Positions 39,902 through 51,096 of a DNA stretch of 64,000 nt are shown piece after piece. The notes beneath the pieces are model-generated. The model worked only from the letters and a program-made list of their open reading frames with translations. It was not told where the DNA came from and did no database searches. The position numbers were made by a program, and so were the translations under genes. How positions within the stretch are numbered: position 1 is the stretch's first letter; every line of letters begins with the position of its first letter. The DNA lies in the NCBI GenBank assembly GCA_052173415.1, contig JBQMYQ010000004.1:4703-68702 (forward strand), written 5' to 3'. This DNA comes from Wolinella sp. GTDB lineage: Bacteria > Campylobacterota > Campylobacteria > Campylobacterales > Helicobacteraceae.

Positions 39902-41689
39902 CTACTCAACCGTTACACTTTTGGCGAGATTCCTCGGCATATCGACATCATTCCCTAGGCGAATTGCAATCTCTAGGGCAAGCAACTGCAAAACGACCAT
40001 CATTTCAAAAAACTCCTCCATGTAGCTCTCACACTTGGGGATTAGAAGCAGGTCATCAGCCCCATCAAAAGGAATCGGCGTAATCGCACAAATCGTCGCA
40101 TCTCTTGCAGCAAGCTCCTCGACATTGCTCTTAATCTTCTCATGAAGAAGATTCAAAGGCATGAGTGCCACAGTGAAAAGCTCACTATCCGCAAGTGCGA
40201 TGGGTCCGTGCTTCATCTCGCCACTAGGATAGCCCTCAGCGTGCAAATAGCTAATCTCTTTGAGCTTCAACGCCCCCTCCAGCGCGAGCGGATAGAAAAT
40301 ATCACGTCCGATAAAGAAGAATCCATGCCCATGGAGGTAGCGTTTAGAGAGCTTTTTGATGCGCTCATGCACCTTTTCATCGACCTTAGTGCATTTAGCC
40401 GCTTGTATCATGGAGCGAACCTGCGCTTCGCAAGAATCCTTGCCGATACTTTTACGAATCTGCGCTAAATAAAGGGCGAACATCCACAACACCATCACCT
40501 GCGTCGCAAAGGCTTTGGTGCTCGCGACCCCCTTCTCGATTCCTGCACGGGTGAGGATCGTGCGATCTGCTTCACGGACAATTGAGCTATTATCAACATT
40601 ACAGATTGCAAGGGTTTTTAATCCCGCGCATTTTGCCTGCTTCAGAGCCTCAAGCGTATCCGCCGTCTCGCCACTTTGACTGATCACGATAAAAAGCTCG
40701 CCCTCTTTAAAAATCGGCTCGCGATAGCGCAATTCGCTGGCGATCGCCACGTTGGTCTTAATCTTTGCATACCGCTCCAAAAGGTAGCTCCCCGCAAGAG
40801 CGGCGTGATAGCTCGTCCCACACGCACAAATCGTAAGCTCATTTACTCCCTGCAAAAACTGCTCCTCCACCTCTTCAAAGCGGATTTTCAGGGAATCGAC
40901 TCGCCCCATCATCGTCTCGACGAGCACACGATGCTGCTCGTAAATCTCCTTTTCCATAAAATAGCGATGCCCCTCTTTTTGCGCATAAACCCGATTGACA
41001 CTCAGCGCTTTGGTAGTTTTCAAAGAGGAAAAAGCCTCAAGATCCATATAGCCCACCGCGCCATCTTCAAGGTAGGAGACCGTGTCCGCATAGCCGATGA
41101 GTGGCGCATCAGAGGAGGCGAAATAGACCCCATCGCCACCCCGCCCGATGATGAGTGGCGAGCCGTTTTTCGCATAATAGATACGATCGGGGCTTTTTTT
41201 AGTGATCAGCAAAATCGCATACGCACCCTTAAGAGAATCGATCGTCGCTTTAAAAGCTTCAAAAGGATCGGGGAATCTCTGAAGTTTGTTCTCAAAAAGG
41301 CGGACAATCACTTCGGTATCCGTCTGAGAGAGAAACGGATTCCCACATTTGAGCAGCTCCTCTTTAAGCTCTTGATAATTCTCGATAATGCCGTTATGAA
41401 CGACGTTTGAAAACTCGGCGACCTGTGGATGGGCGTTATTCTCCGTAGGCTTCCCATGCGTCGCCCAGCGCGTATGTCCAATCGCCACGCCAAACCCAAG
41501 CGAGGTAAAATTTTTGCACTTATTTTCGAGATTTTCCAAGCGTCCAACGGCCTTAAACACGGATAATTCGCCCTCATGAAGTATGGAGATTCCTGCTGAG
41601 TCATAGCCACGATATTCAAGCTCTCGTAACCCCTCGATGAGAATCGACTTTTTCTCGTTATTCCCGATATATCCGACGATTCCACACAT
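39902..41689 (-). CDS. glmS: Glutamine--fructose-6-phosphate aminotransferase
   Basis: N-terminal MCGIVGY Ntn-amidotransferase, two SIS domains, C-terminal ..LAKSVTVE. Confidence 0.95.
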   Translation of the reverse strand: MCGIVGYIGNNEKKSILIEGLRELEYRGYDSAGISILHEGELSVFKAVGRLENLENKCKNFTSLGFGVAIGHTRWATHGKPTENNAHPQVAEFSNVVHNGIIENYQELKEELLKCGNPFLSQTDTEVIVRLFENKLQRFPDPFEAFKATIDSLKGAYAILLITKKSPDRIYYAKNGSPLIIGRGGDGVYFASSDAPLIGYADTVSYLEDGAVGYMDLEAFSSLKTTKALSVNRVYAQKEGHRYFMEKEIYEQHRVLVETMMGRVDSLKIRFEEVEEQFLQGVNELTICACGTSYHAALAGSYLLERYAKIKTNVAIASELRYREPIFKEGELFIVISQSGETADTLEALKQAKCAGLKTLAICNVDNSSIVREADRTILTRAGIEKGVASTKAFATQVMVLWMFALYLAQIRKSIGKDSCEAQVRSMIQAAKCTKVDEKVHERIKKLSKRYLHGHGFFFIGRDIFYPLALEGALKLKEISYLHAEGYPSGEMKHGPIALADSELFTVALMPLNLLHEKIKSNVEELAARDATICAITPIPFDGADDLLLIPKCESYMEEFFEMMVVLQLLALEIAIRLGNDVDMPRNLAKSVTVE

Positions 41690-41841
41690 AAATAACCTTT
41701 AAAAAATAGATCGTATTAAAATTGGGTATTATCTCAAAAATTTCATGTTTTTTCATTTAATCATGAGTGCAAACCCTGCCTCAAAAGCGGTAAAACCTCA
41801 GCTTTTAGCTACTATTTATCTAAATGCTGCATAATATAGTC

Positions 41842-41870
41842 ATCATTAAGTGATAATGATTTTCATCTTT
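41842..41870. promoter_or_regulatory. Fur-box-like element (inverted repeat ATCATTA-N5-TAATGAT; GATAATGAT core)
   Basis: Read directly. Aligned from 41852, 14 of 19 positions match the classical GATAATGATAATCATTATC box. It lies upstream of a small ORF and pldA. Confidence 0.3.
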
Positions 41871-41890
41871 TAGAAAGGAGTCTGAAATCA

Positions 41891-42025
41891 ATGACACCCC
41901 CCAAGGATTTTCAGTTCGATTCTCAAAAAATCATTCTAGGAGCAATAAAAGGCTCAAAAGCGGTAAAAAATTACTTCAAAGATAAGGAGAAGAGCACCAA
42001 GGCGCGATCACGCGCAAAAAAATAG
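41891..42025 (+). CDS. Candidate 44-aa basic micro-protein (MTPPKDFQFDSQKIILGAIKGSKAVKNYFKDKEKSTKARSRAKK)
   Basis: ATG sits about 10 nt after AAAGGAG. It is below the ORF-track cut-off and nothing supports it beyond the RBS. Confidence 0.25.
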   Translation: MTPPKDFQFDSQKIILGAIKGSKAVKNYFKDKEKSTKARSRAKK

Positions 42026-42114
42026 CACAACCTTTATAGGAATCTAGTGCTTTTACGTGCGGATTTTGGGCTATGTTGCTACAATGGTAGCCCAAAATTC
42101 TGCGAAGGATTCCC

Positions 42115-43245
42115 GTGCGTGCGCTACTTTTATTTCTTACCTTTTCTCTACTTTATGCTTCTGAAATTTTAAGGAATCCAGCCCTAAATAACATGCCAAG
42201 AGAGCTGACACTGTGGCACACATATAGCAACGGACAAAGTCGCATTTTAGAGAGTTTAAAGCTAGATGAAGAGGAGAAAAGTTTAGAGATTTTACTCCCC
42301 ACACAGGATAAAAAAGATCCACAAATCCTCCACATTACGATCACAAAAGAGCCAAAAGGCACGCCCAATATCGAAACCTCTCTTGGCAAAGAGCAGCTAA
42401 AAATCGTCGATTTGCGCCCCGAAAAAGAGAAAAAGCCCTTGGAAAACGTCAATAAAGCGGAGTTTGAGCGTCTATACAGAGAATACAAAGATCATCGGCG
42501 ACTTTTTGGCGCATTTCTGGGAATCGAGCCCTATAAAGAGAACTACCTCCTGCCCTATTCACACAGTTTTCGCCCACGAGAAGGGGAAAAACAGCATGAA
42601 GCGAAATTCCAAATCAGCTTCAAGACACTCCTCACATCAAATATTTTCGGCACATCGCTTGATCTTTATCTCGCCTACACGCAACGCTCGTTTTGGCAAG
42701 TTTATGACGGCGAGGATTCCCGCCCTTTTAGGGAGAGCAACTATGAACCTGAAATCTTTTTCTCCTATCCTCTTGAGATTCCGCTCTTTGGAGGCGTGAT
42801 TGAACAGCTCTATTTCGGGCTAAATCACGAAAGCAACGGAAAGGACGTGCAAAAATCCAGAAGCTGGAATCGCGCCTTTATCGGGGCTGTCTATAATAAT
42901 GGGGGATTTTTTCTTGCGCTTAAGGGCTGGCATCGCTTCAAAGAGAAAGAAAAGCTCTATACAAATGACCCGCGCGGAGATGATAATCCAAAAATTGAGC
43001 GATATTTAGGGCATGGCGAAATGAAGGTCGGATATTTTCACGCGCCTCATCTCATCACCGCGACCCTGCGCAACAACCTAAACGTCCGAGGCGAGAACAG
43101 AGGCTCGATTTTGCTTGATTACTCCTACCCGTTGCAACGCAGTATCCACGCCTATGTGCAATATTTCAACGGCTATGGGGAATCGCTCATCGATTATGAC
43201 AAAAGTGTTGAGCGTGTAGGAATTGGCATGATATTCACGCGATGA
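42115..43245 (+). CDS. pldA: Outer-membrane phospholipase A
   Basis: OMPLA pattern (YKENYLLPYS, AKFQISFK, AYTQRSFWQ, RESNYEPE, GLNHESNG..SRSWNR). GTG start and signal peptide. Confidence 0.85.
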   Translation: MRALLLFLTFSLLYASEILRNPALNNMPRELTLWHTYSNGQSRILESLKLDEEEKSLEILLPTQDKKDPQILHITITKEPKGTPNIETSLGKEQLKIVDLRPEKEKKPLENVNKAEFERLYREYKDHRRLFGAFLGIEPYKENYLLPYSHSFRPREGEKQHEAKFQISFKTLLTSNIFGTSLDLYLAYTQRSFWQVYDGEDSRPFRESNYEPEIFFSYPLEIPLFGGVIEQLYFGLNHESNGKDVQKSRSWNRAFIGAVYNNGGFFLALKGWHRFKEKEKLYTNDPRGDDNPKIERYLGHGEMKVGYFHAPHLITATLRNNLNVRGENRGSILLDYSYPLQRSIHAYVQYFNGYGESLIDYDKSVERVGIGMIFTR

Positions 43246-43251
43246 GCACTT

Positions 43252-44412
43252 TTAGGAAATCTGCACAAACTTTCTGAGTTTGTAGATGAATTTACTCCCC
43301 TTTTTGGGCTCTGATTCCACGATTATGGATATTTTATGCTTAGCGCAGATACTTTTAACGATATTTAGCCCGATTCCGAACCCGCCTTGAATATCATCTC
43401 CGCGATAATAACGCTCAAAAATCAGCTTCGGATCTTTGATCCCGATTCCCTCATCTTCGCACACAAAGCACAAAAATCCCTCCTCTACACTGAGCGAGAC
43501 GGTAATATTCTTCTTAGGCAGACTGTATTTCAGCGCATTTGAAAGGGTATTGTCAATGAGACGCTGAAGCTCTAAGTGGTGAATCTCAACCCAAATCCCC
43601 TTGATGATTTTTGAAGTAATTGTAATTTCTTTAACTTTTGCAATCATGCTGAAATAGTCCAATCGATCCTCTAAAATCACGGAAATATTGCTATTTGACG
43701 CTCCATGCTGCATGCGTTTATTTTTAATAAAATATTCAATATCTTCATAGACATGCGAAAGGACTTTTAACGCCGCTTTAGTGCGCTCAAAACCTCGATG
43801 ATTTCCAAAATATTCTTCCAAAAGCTCGATATTTAAGGACATAATCCCTAGGGGCGTGCGAAGCTCGTGCATTACATCTTTAAAAAACGTATTCATGCGG
43901 GTGTTTGCGCGTTCAAAAGGCTCAATCGAGCGTCGAATAATCCAAAAAGAGCAGAGAAAAATTAGGAGAATCACCAAACTGGTAAGCAAAAAAAGATCAA
44001 AAAAAATAAGACTGTAAGAAAACTCTTTAGAAATGATGAGATGGCGCGCACCAAGGACATTTTCATCTAGGGCACTTTGATAAAAAAGCTTCCCCTCCGC
44101 GTGTAAAAATTCCCCATCTTGCAGATGAGGTGGGGAATCCAAAAGTGAAAAAAGCACCTCGCCCTGCTCGTCGAGAATCGCTGAACGAAATATTAATGAA
44201 CGTGGATAAATGAAATTAATCGTATCACTTTTCAGGGAGTAGAATTTATGCTTAAGCACGTGGGAGTATTCCAAAATCTCACTTTTTTGGCTCAATTCGG
44301 CATATTTAACCGCCAAAGAGGCGTAAAAAAGCAGAGGAATAAATCCGATAAGGATTACAAAAGCACTAAAAATTAGAGCGAAATTCAGAGCGACTTTACG
44401 ACTTTTTTGCAA
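43252..44412 (-). CDS. Sensor histidine kinase (two TM helices, ~110-aa periplasmic loop, HisKA, HATPase_c)
   Basis: H-box (FFKDVMHELRTPLG), N-box (LIDNTLSNALKY), G-boxes (DEGIGI, GGFGIGL). Confidence 0.85.
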   Translation of the reverse strand: MQKSRKVALNFALIFSAFVILIGFIPLLFYASLAVKYAELSQKSEILEYSHVLKHKFYSLKSDTINFIYPRSLIFRSAILDEQGEVLFSLLDSPPHLQDGEFLHAEGKLFYQSALDENVLGARHLIISKEFSYSLIFFDLFLLTSLVILLIFLCSFWIIRRSIEPFERANTRMNTFFKDVMHELRTPLGIMSLNIELLEEYFGNHRGFERTKAALKVLSHVYEDIEYFIKNKRMQHGASNSNISVILEDRLDYFSMIAKVKEITITSKIIKGIWVEIHHLELQRLIDNTLSNALKYSLPKKNITVSLSVEEGFLCFVCEDEGIGIKDPKLIFERYYRGDDIQGGFGIGLNIVKSICAKHKISIIVESEPKKGSKFIYKLRKFVQIS

Positions 44413-45061
44413 TTTTATATCCCATGCCGCGTCTTGAGATGATAAGCTCCTTGTGGCTTTTTTCCCTAAGCCTTTTTACCATCATGCGAATATCGCTATC
44501 GCCAATCTCCCTCCCATCCCACACATATTCCCTGATCGTCTCAATGCTGATAAAAATATCAACATTTTTTATGAATAAGATAAGAAGTTTCCGCTCTTTT
44601 TCGCTTAGGGGAATCGCGACATTTTTGTGCCACAAAATCTCAGTGGAGGGCTCAAAACTAAACTCAAACGCAAGGGCTATTTTTAGCGCAGTCGTATGAA
44701 AATGATATCTCCTAATCGCCTCTTGAATGCGATATTTCAGCTCTTTGAGCGAGAAAGGTTTGCGAATATAATCGCTACAACCAAGCTCATATCCGTGCAC
44801 TAAATTTACCTCATCAGTTAGAGAAGTGATGAAAATCACCGGGGTATTTTTCCCATATTTTCGTGCTTCGCGTAAAATTTCATAACCATCGATTCCCGGA
44901 ACACGAATATCTAAAAGCAAAAGGTCGTAATTTTTTGTAAAAATAGCATCAAGTGCCTCTTCTCCATACGAAAAATCATCAACATCATACTCTAATGATA
45001 AAAGCCAATCTTTGATCGATTCTTTATAATTATAATCATCTTCAAGAAGTAAAATTTTCAT
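44396..45061 (-). CDS. OmpR-family response regulator
   Basis: REC domain (ILLLEDD .. LLLLDIRVPGIDG .. KP) plus a winged-helix output domain (RMMVKRLREK .. GMGYK). It overlaps the kinase gene by 17 nt. Confidence 0.9.
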   Translation of the reverse strand: MKILLLEDDYNYKESIKDWLLSLEYDVDDFSYGEEALDAIFTKNYDLLLLDIRVPGIDGYEILREARKYGKNTPVIFITSLTDEVNLVHGYELGCSDYIRKPFSLKELKYRIQEAIRRYHFHTTALKIALAFEFSFEPSTEILWHKNVAIPLSEKERKLLILFIKNVDIFISIETIREYVWDGREIGDSDIRMMVKRLREKSHKELIISRRGMGYKIAKKS

Positions 45062-45945
45062 CTTATATTAACTTTCTTATTATGTTTATTTTTAGGAATT
45101 AAATCATGAATATTTTCCGCTTGTTCATATTTTTGTTCTGTTTGCACGCGCTCAAAAAGGTAGAGAATCGAGGGCTCTTTTAAGAGTTTTTGCTCAAAAA
45201 AGATTCCCAAATAGCCTAATCTCTCGCCATTAAAATTAAAAAATGGCAAAAAACCAAACACAAATCCTTCGCTCTCAAGATAGCCGTTTTCAAGCACATC
45301 GGAGTGAAGTTTACCCGTCAATTTTTCCACACACGTGTATGCACACGGACTGCTTACCAACACGTAGTCATCGATTTTAGGATTCTCTTTCATTCTAATT
45401 GCAATATCCAAATGCTTACGTTCCATCAACACAAAAAAGTTGATTCCCCGCTCTAAAAGACGCTTTTGAATCTGCTTAAATCCCAAAATCACCTCCGCAG
45501 ATCCCAAATATTCCCCCTCATTCATCATGGGGGAAATCGCCTTGATATTCAACCTCTGACCAAGCTCAATCGACCCCAAAGGACGCTGTGTCTCCTTTAC
45601 CCTTATAAGCCCGTGACGAAGGGAATTAAGCTCATTTCCGAAGGAGTTGAAATCCCAACTGTAAACATAAGTTTTGAGATCTTTTGTGTGGAGATGAATG
45701 TCAAGCTCTTGAATATCAACCCCCGCTTTGAGGCGCTCAATCTGCTCAGTAATCTCCTTAAATAAAAGGGCACGATCTTGGCGAATAAAACCCTCTTTAA
45801 TTTTTTCATTATTCGCAATTAATATCGCTAAAGAGAGGGCTTTATCAATTTCATATTCAATATATTCTTGAGCGATTCCTAAAGTAATTTCAACGCGCTC
45901 TTTTTTCTCTTTTAAATGAATTTTTTCATTAATTTTTAGCAACAA
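45058..45945 (-). CDS. Cache-like (Cache_3-Cache_2 type) periplasmic sensor-domain protein without an output domain; true start probably upstream
   Basis: The pattern DIHLHTKDLKTYVYSWDFNSFGNELNSLRHGLIRVKETQRPLGSIELGQRLNIKAISPMMNEGEYLGSAEVILGF resembles Cache sensor modules of Campylobacterota chemoreceptors. Its stop overlaps the RR start (ATGA). Confidence 0.55.
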   Translation of the reverse strand: MLLKINEKIHLKEKKERVEITLGIAQEYIEYEIDKALSLAILIANNEKIKEGFIRQDRALLFKEITEQIERLKAGVDIQELDIHLHTKDLKTYVYSWDFNSFGNELNSLRHGLIRVKETQRPLGSIELGQRLNIKAISPMMNEGEYLGSAEVILGFKQIQKRLLERGINFFVLMERKHLDIAIRMKENPKIDDYVLVSSPCAYTCVEKLTGKLHSDVLENGYLESEGFVFGFLPFFNFNGERLGYLGIFFEQKLLKEPSILYLFERVQTEQKYEQAENIHDLIPKNKHNKKVNIR

Positions 45946-46044
45946 AAATATTATTCCAAATAATAAAACACAAAAAAAATATAAAGTAACTTAGATAGAT
46001 TTTCGCTAATCGCATGGTCAAAATTATATTATCAGAAAGTAATT

Positions 46045-46063
46045 TTGACGATAAATTGACGAT
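46045..46063 (+). promoter_or_regulatory. Direct repeat TTGACGAT-N3-TTGACGAT (11-bp register) just upstream of a TAGAAT -10-like hexamer (46071-46076) and tsdA
   Basis: Read directly. The geometry fits an OmpR-family tandem binding site. Confidence 0.35.
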
Positions 46064-46111
46064 GATTTTTTAGAATTCAAACTAACCTAATCTTGAGAAG
46101 GAGGAGAAGAG

Positions 46112-47236
46112 ATGGTTCGAGGAAAAATAGTCGTTCAAAGCTTGATGGGATTTTTAGTCATTAGCTCTCTTGTGAGTGTGAGCTTTGCTTTTGAACGCTG
46201 GACATTTGAGGGCAGAGGCAAGACGGGTTACCAAGGAGAGAAGATTGAGTGGATTGAGGGGGACAAAAATCCCGCACAACCACTCATTAAATACACCACT
46301 TCGAAATTTAGCGGCGATCCATTCTGGGATACGCTAAATGCAAAGCCCATCGTGCCTGATAGCGTCTATGGCGAATTTGTTCGATACGGATACGAGCTCT
46401 TTGTCGATACGCAAGCGATCATAGGTCCAGAGGTTGCGGATCCGAAAATGCGCTATTTGGGGAATAACCTCTCCTGTAATAGTTGTCATTTGGGCGCAGG
46501 GACGACAAAATACGGCGCGGCTTTGGTCGATGTAATAGGCAATTTCCCGCAATATAGGAATCGTGAAGATACTCTAGGCACACTCAGCGCGCGAATTAAT
46601 GGCTGCATGCAACGAAGTATGAATGGTTATTCACTACCGGAAAATAGCCGCGAGATGAAGGCGTTTTTAGCCTATTTTCATTGGCTCGCTCAGGGGATTC
46701 CTGTAGGGGCGAAAATCGAGGGACGAGGTCTTAAAACGGTTAATCGAAAAATGGTGCAACAAAATGCTTCAGATCCAATTAATGGTCAAGCGGTCTATGA
46801 GCGTGAATGCGCCTCATGTCATGGGAAAAATGGCGAGGGTAAGCGCAGAGCTAGTGTAAATGGTCGGATTCCCGGGTATGAGTATCCACCACTTTGGGGA
46901 AGCGATGATACTTACAATACCGGCGCAGGAATGTATCGCACGCTCAAAGCTGCCGACTACATTAAAAGCACGATGCCTAAAGGCGCACCGACGCTAAGTG
47001 ATAAGGACGCTTATGATGTGGCGGGGTATATTAATCAATACTCACATTACAGAGCAACAAAAATCAACCGTCAAAATGACTTCCCGGATCCTAAGGTGCG
47101 CGTCCCGGATCAGGATCAAATGGGAGTCTACGGTGCTCATGGAGAGCTTAAATATCCCGATGAGGGCAAAGGGCAGATGGATTATAAATTCGGACCTTAT
47201 AAGGGAATCATTAAACAAAAACCATCAACAAAATAG
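46112..47236 (+). CDS. tsdA: Diheme c-type cytochrome, TsdA-like thiosulfate dehydrogenase / tetrathionate reductase
   Basis: Signal peptide and two CxxCH motifs (CNSCH, CASCH). A Cys lies in RINGCMQRSMNG about 39 residues after the first heme His, which is the position of the Cys heme ligand in TsdA. GAGMY is present near heme 2. Confidence 0.6.
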   Translation: MVRGKIVVQSLMGFLVISSLVSVSFAFERWTFEGRGKTGYQGEKIEWIEGDKNPAQPLIKYTTSKFSGDPFWDTLNAKPIVPDSVYGEFVRYGYELFVDTQAIIGPEVADPKMRYLGNNLSCNSCHLGAGTTKYGAALVDVIGNFPQYRNREDTLGTLSARINGCMQRSMNGYSLPENSREMKAFLAYFHWLAQGIPVGAKIEGRGLKTVNRKMVQQNASDPINGQAVYERECASCHGKNGEGKRRASVNGRIPGYEYPPLWGSDDTYNTGAGMYRTLKAADYIKSTMPKGAPTLSDKDAYDVAGYINQYSHYRATKINRQNDFPDPKVRVPDQDQMGVYGAHGELKYPDEGKGQMDYKFGPYKGIIKQKPSTK

Positions 47237-47247
47237 AGGGGGAATCG

Positions 47248-47748
47248 ATGAAAAAGAGAGTTTTATTCGGCTCATTTATGGGAATCGCGGTAGCTCTTTG
47301 TCTTAGCGGATACACGAGCACAAATCATCAAGCCACTAAAGGTGTCTCTAGTCCTTCCGTGTCGGGAATCGCCACCCAAATAGGCAGATTGCCCGATCAA
47401 AAAACTCCAATAAAAATCACAAAAAAAGGTAGAAACGTCGTTATGCTCTTCCCAGAACTAAAAAACAATATGGGTAAAAATTTTGAGCAAACGCCGTGTG
47501 AAGTGGAGTTTTTGCACAAAGGGAGCTATGAAAATCCTGCAGCTAAGGTAAAGAGCACGACCTATTTTGCACTATTGCCTAAGATGAATAATAATTGCGC
47601 GCTCTATCTTGAGACGCGCAGTGCGCAATATGGTGCGGAAAAATCGCCTCGATACCTTATAATAAATGAGGGAAAAAATGAAGCGAACTTTACTATTTCA
47701 CGAGATGTTTTGGCACAAGAGCCCATTATTAAAGGGGTTTTAAAATAG
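47248..47748 (+). CDS. Hypothetical exported protein co-transcribed with tsdA
   Basis: Signal peptide (KKRVLFGSFMGIAVALCLSG), an RBS (GAGGGGG) and an 11-nt gap after tsdA. There is no heme motif. Confidence 0.5.
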   Translation: MKKRVLFGSFMGIAVALCLSGYTSTNHQATKGVSSPSVSGIATQIGRLPDQKTPIKITKKGRNVVMLFPELKNNMGKNFEQTPCEVEFLHKGSYENPAAKVKSTTYFALLPKMNNNCALYLETRSAQYGAEKSPRYLIINEGKNEANFTISRDVLAQEPIIKGVLK

Positions 47749-47761
47749 CCCTTGATTTTTG

Positions 47762-47795
47762 CGATTCCCTCCTTCTCTCAAAAGGGCGGGAATCG
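47762..47795. terminator. Inverted pair CGATTCCC ... GGGAATCG between convergent genes (candidate bidirectional terminator)
   Basis: Read directly: 8-bp arms and an 18-nt loop. Confidence 0.4.
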
Positions 47796-47806
47796 TGAAG
47801 CTGAAG

Positions 47807-48130
47807 TTAATAACTCTTCTTTAGCGTAGCACCAACGACACAATCACTTAAAATATCGGGCTTCCTAATCGTCAATTCTATCTCTTTAAACTCATCGAAC
47901 TTCTTTTTAATCACCTCGTGCAGATCGAACAGTGCCTCTTCAATAAGCCCAAAATGCGATTCCGCTATGTGGGCTAAAATTAGCTCCTTAAGCGCGACAT
48001 AATCAGTATGGATTCCGTTAAAATCATAAGAAAATCTTCCATCAATGAGAATCCTCTGTGGTTGTTGACGCTCTTTAGTATCGATTCCTATGATGGCTTG
48101 GACTCGAAGATTTTCGATAATTAGCGTCAT
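47807..48130 (-). CDS. folB: Dihydroneopterin aldolase
   Basis: 107-aa FolB-like protein (IIGIDTKERQQPQRILID .. DYVALKE .. LIEEA .. IRKP). Confidence 0.75.
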   Translation of the reverse strand: MTLIIENLRVQAIIGIDTKERQQPQRILIDGRFSYDFNGIHTDYVALKELILAHIAESHFGLIEEALFDLHEVIKKKFDEFKEIELTIRKPDILSDCVVGATLKKSY

Positions 48131-48756
48131 ATAACCTTGCTCTCTTTACCTTCCAAAAGACGTAAAATATTCGGAAGATGTTTATAGAGAACAAAAAATA
48201 CAATGACAAAAAGCGGGAAATGTGTATCAATCACGGGAATCTTAGGGTGAATAAAATAACTCACAATCACGAAAGTTAAAAGTCCAAGTAGTGAAGAGAG
48301 TGAGGAAATTTTAAGGAATCTACCCGTGATGAACCAAATAAAAAGTCCTAAAAATGCCTCAATCGGAAGCAATACCACCATCACGCCAAAACCCGTAGCG
48401 ACCCCTTTGCCACCCTCAAATTTCAAATAGGGACTAAAACAATGCCCCATAACGGATAAAACAGCGATACTCCACTGCGTCTCTGCACTCACTTCCAACA
48501 TCTTAGCGATAAGAATTAACACTGCACCTTTGAGCGCATCTAGGAGCATGGTCAAAATCGCAATGGATTTTGCCCTCTTAGGATCTACCTCTTTTAAAGC
48601 ACGCAAAACATTCGTCGCACCGATACTCCCGCTACCCACCTCCTGTAGATTAATACTATAGAGGAATCGCACGATAAGATACCCAAATGGGATTCCCCCA
48701 ATAAAATAAGCAAGCAGGTAAAATTGAATATTGATATTTGTTAGAAGATTAATCAT
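48127..48756 (-). CDS. plsY: Glycerol-3-phosphate acyltransferase PlsY
   Basis: PlsY motifs (GSGSIGATNVLR, FKGGKGVATGFG) and multiple TM helices. Confidence 0.9.
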   Translation of the reverse strand: MINLLTNINIQFYLLAYFIGGIPFGYLIVRFLYSINLQEVGSGSIGATNVLRALKEVDPKRAKSIAILTMLLDALKGAVLILIAKMLEVSAETQWSIAVLSVMGHCFSPYLKFEGGKGVATGFGVMVVLLPIEAFLGLFIWFITGRFLKISSLSSLLGLLTFVIVSYFIHPKIPVIDTHFPLFVIVFFVLYKHLPNILRLLEGKESKVI

Positions 48757-48765
48757 TTTTATCCA

Positions 48766-51096
<2,331 letters not shown>

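Noticed and set aside
40676-41410. Long antisense ORFs inside well-supported genes. Examples: 244 aa opposite glmS, 27006..27440 opposite rnj, 21813..22250 opposite nifS, 35982..36395 opposite mreB, 5960..6358 opposite the MCP gene.
   Set aside because: They lie entirely within genes that have strong homology on the other strand. Their composition is low-complexity (Arg/Ser/Leu-rich) and they have no recognisable motifs or RBS. These are typical shadow ORFs in moderately GC-rich coding DNA.
41763-41834. 23-codon ORF (MSANPASKAVKPQLLATIYLNAA) containing the first copy of the 16-nt repeat.
   Set aside because: It has no Shine-Dalgarno sequence and is very short. The shared SKAVK peptide with the downstream micro-ORF is simply a consequence of the DNA repeat.
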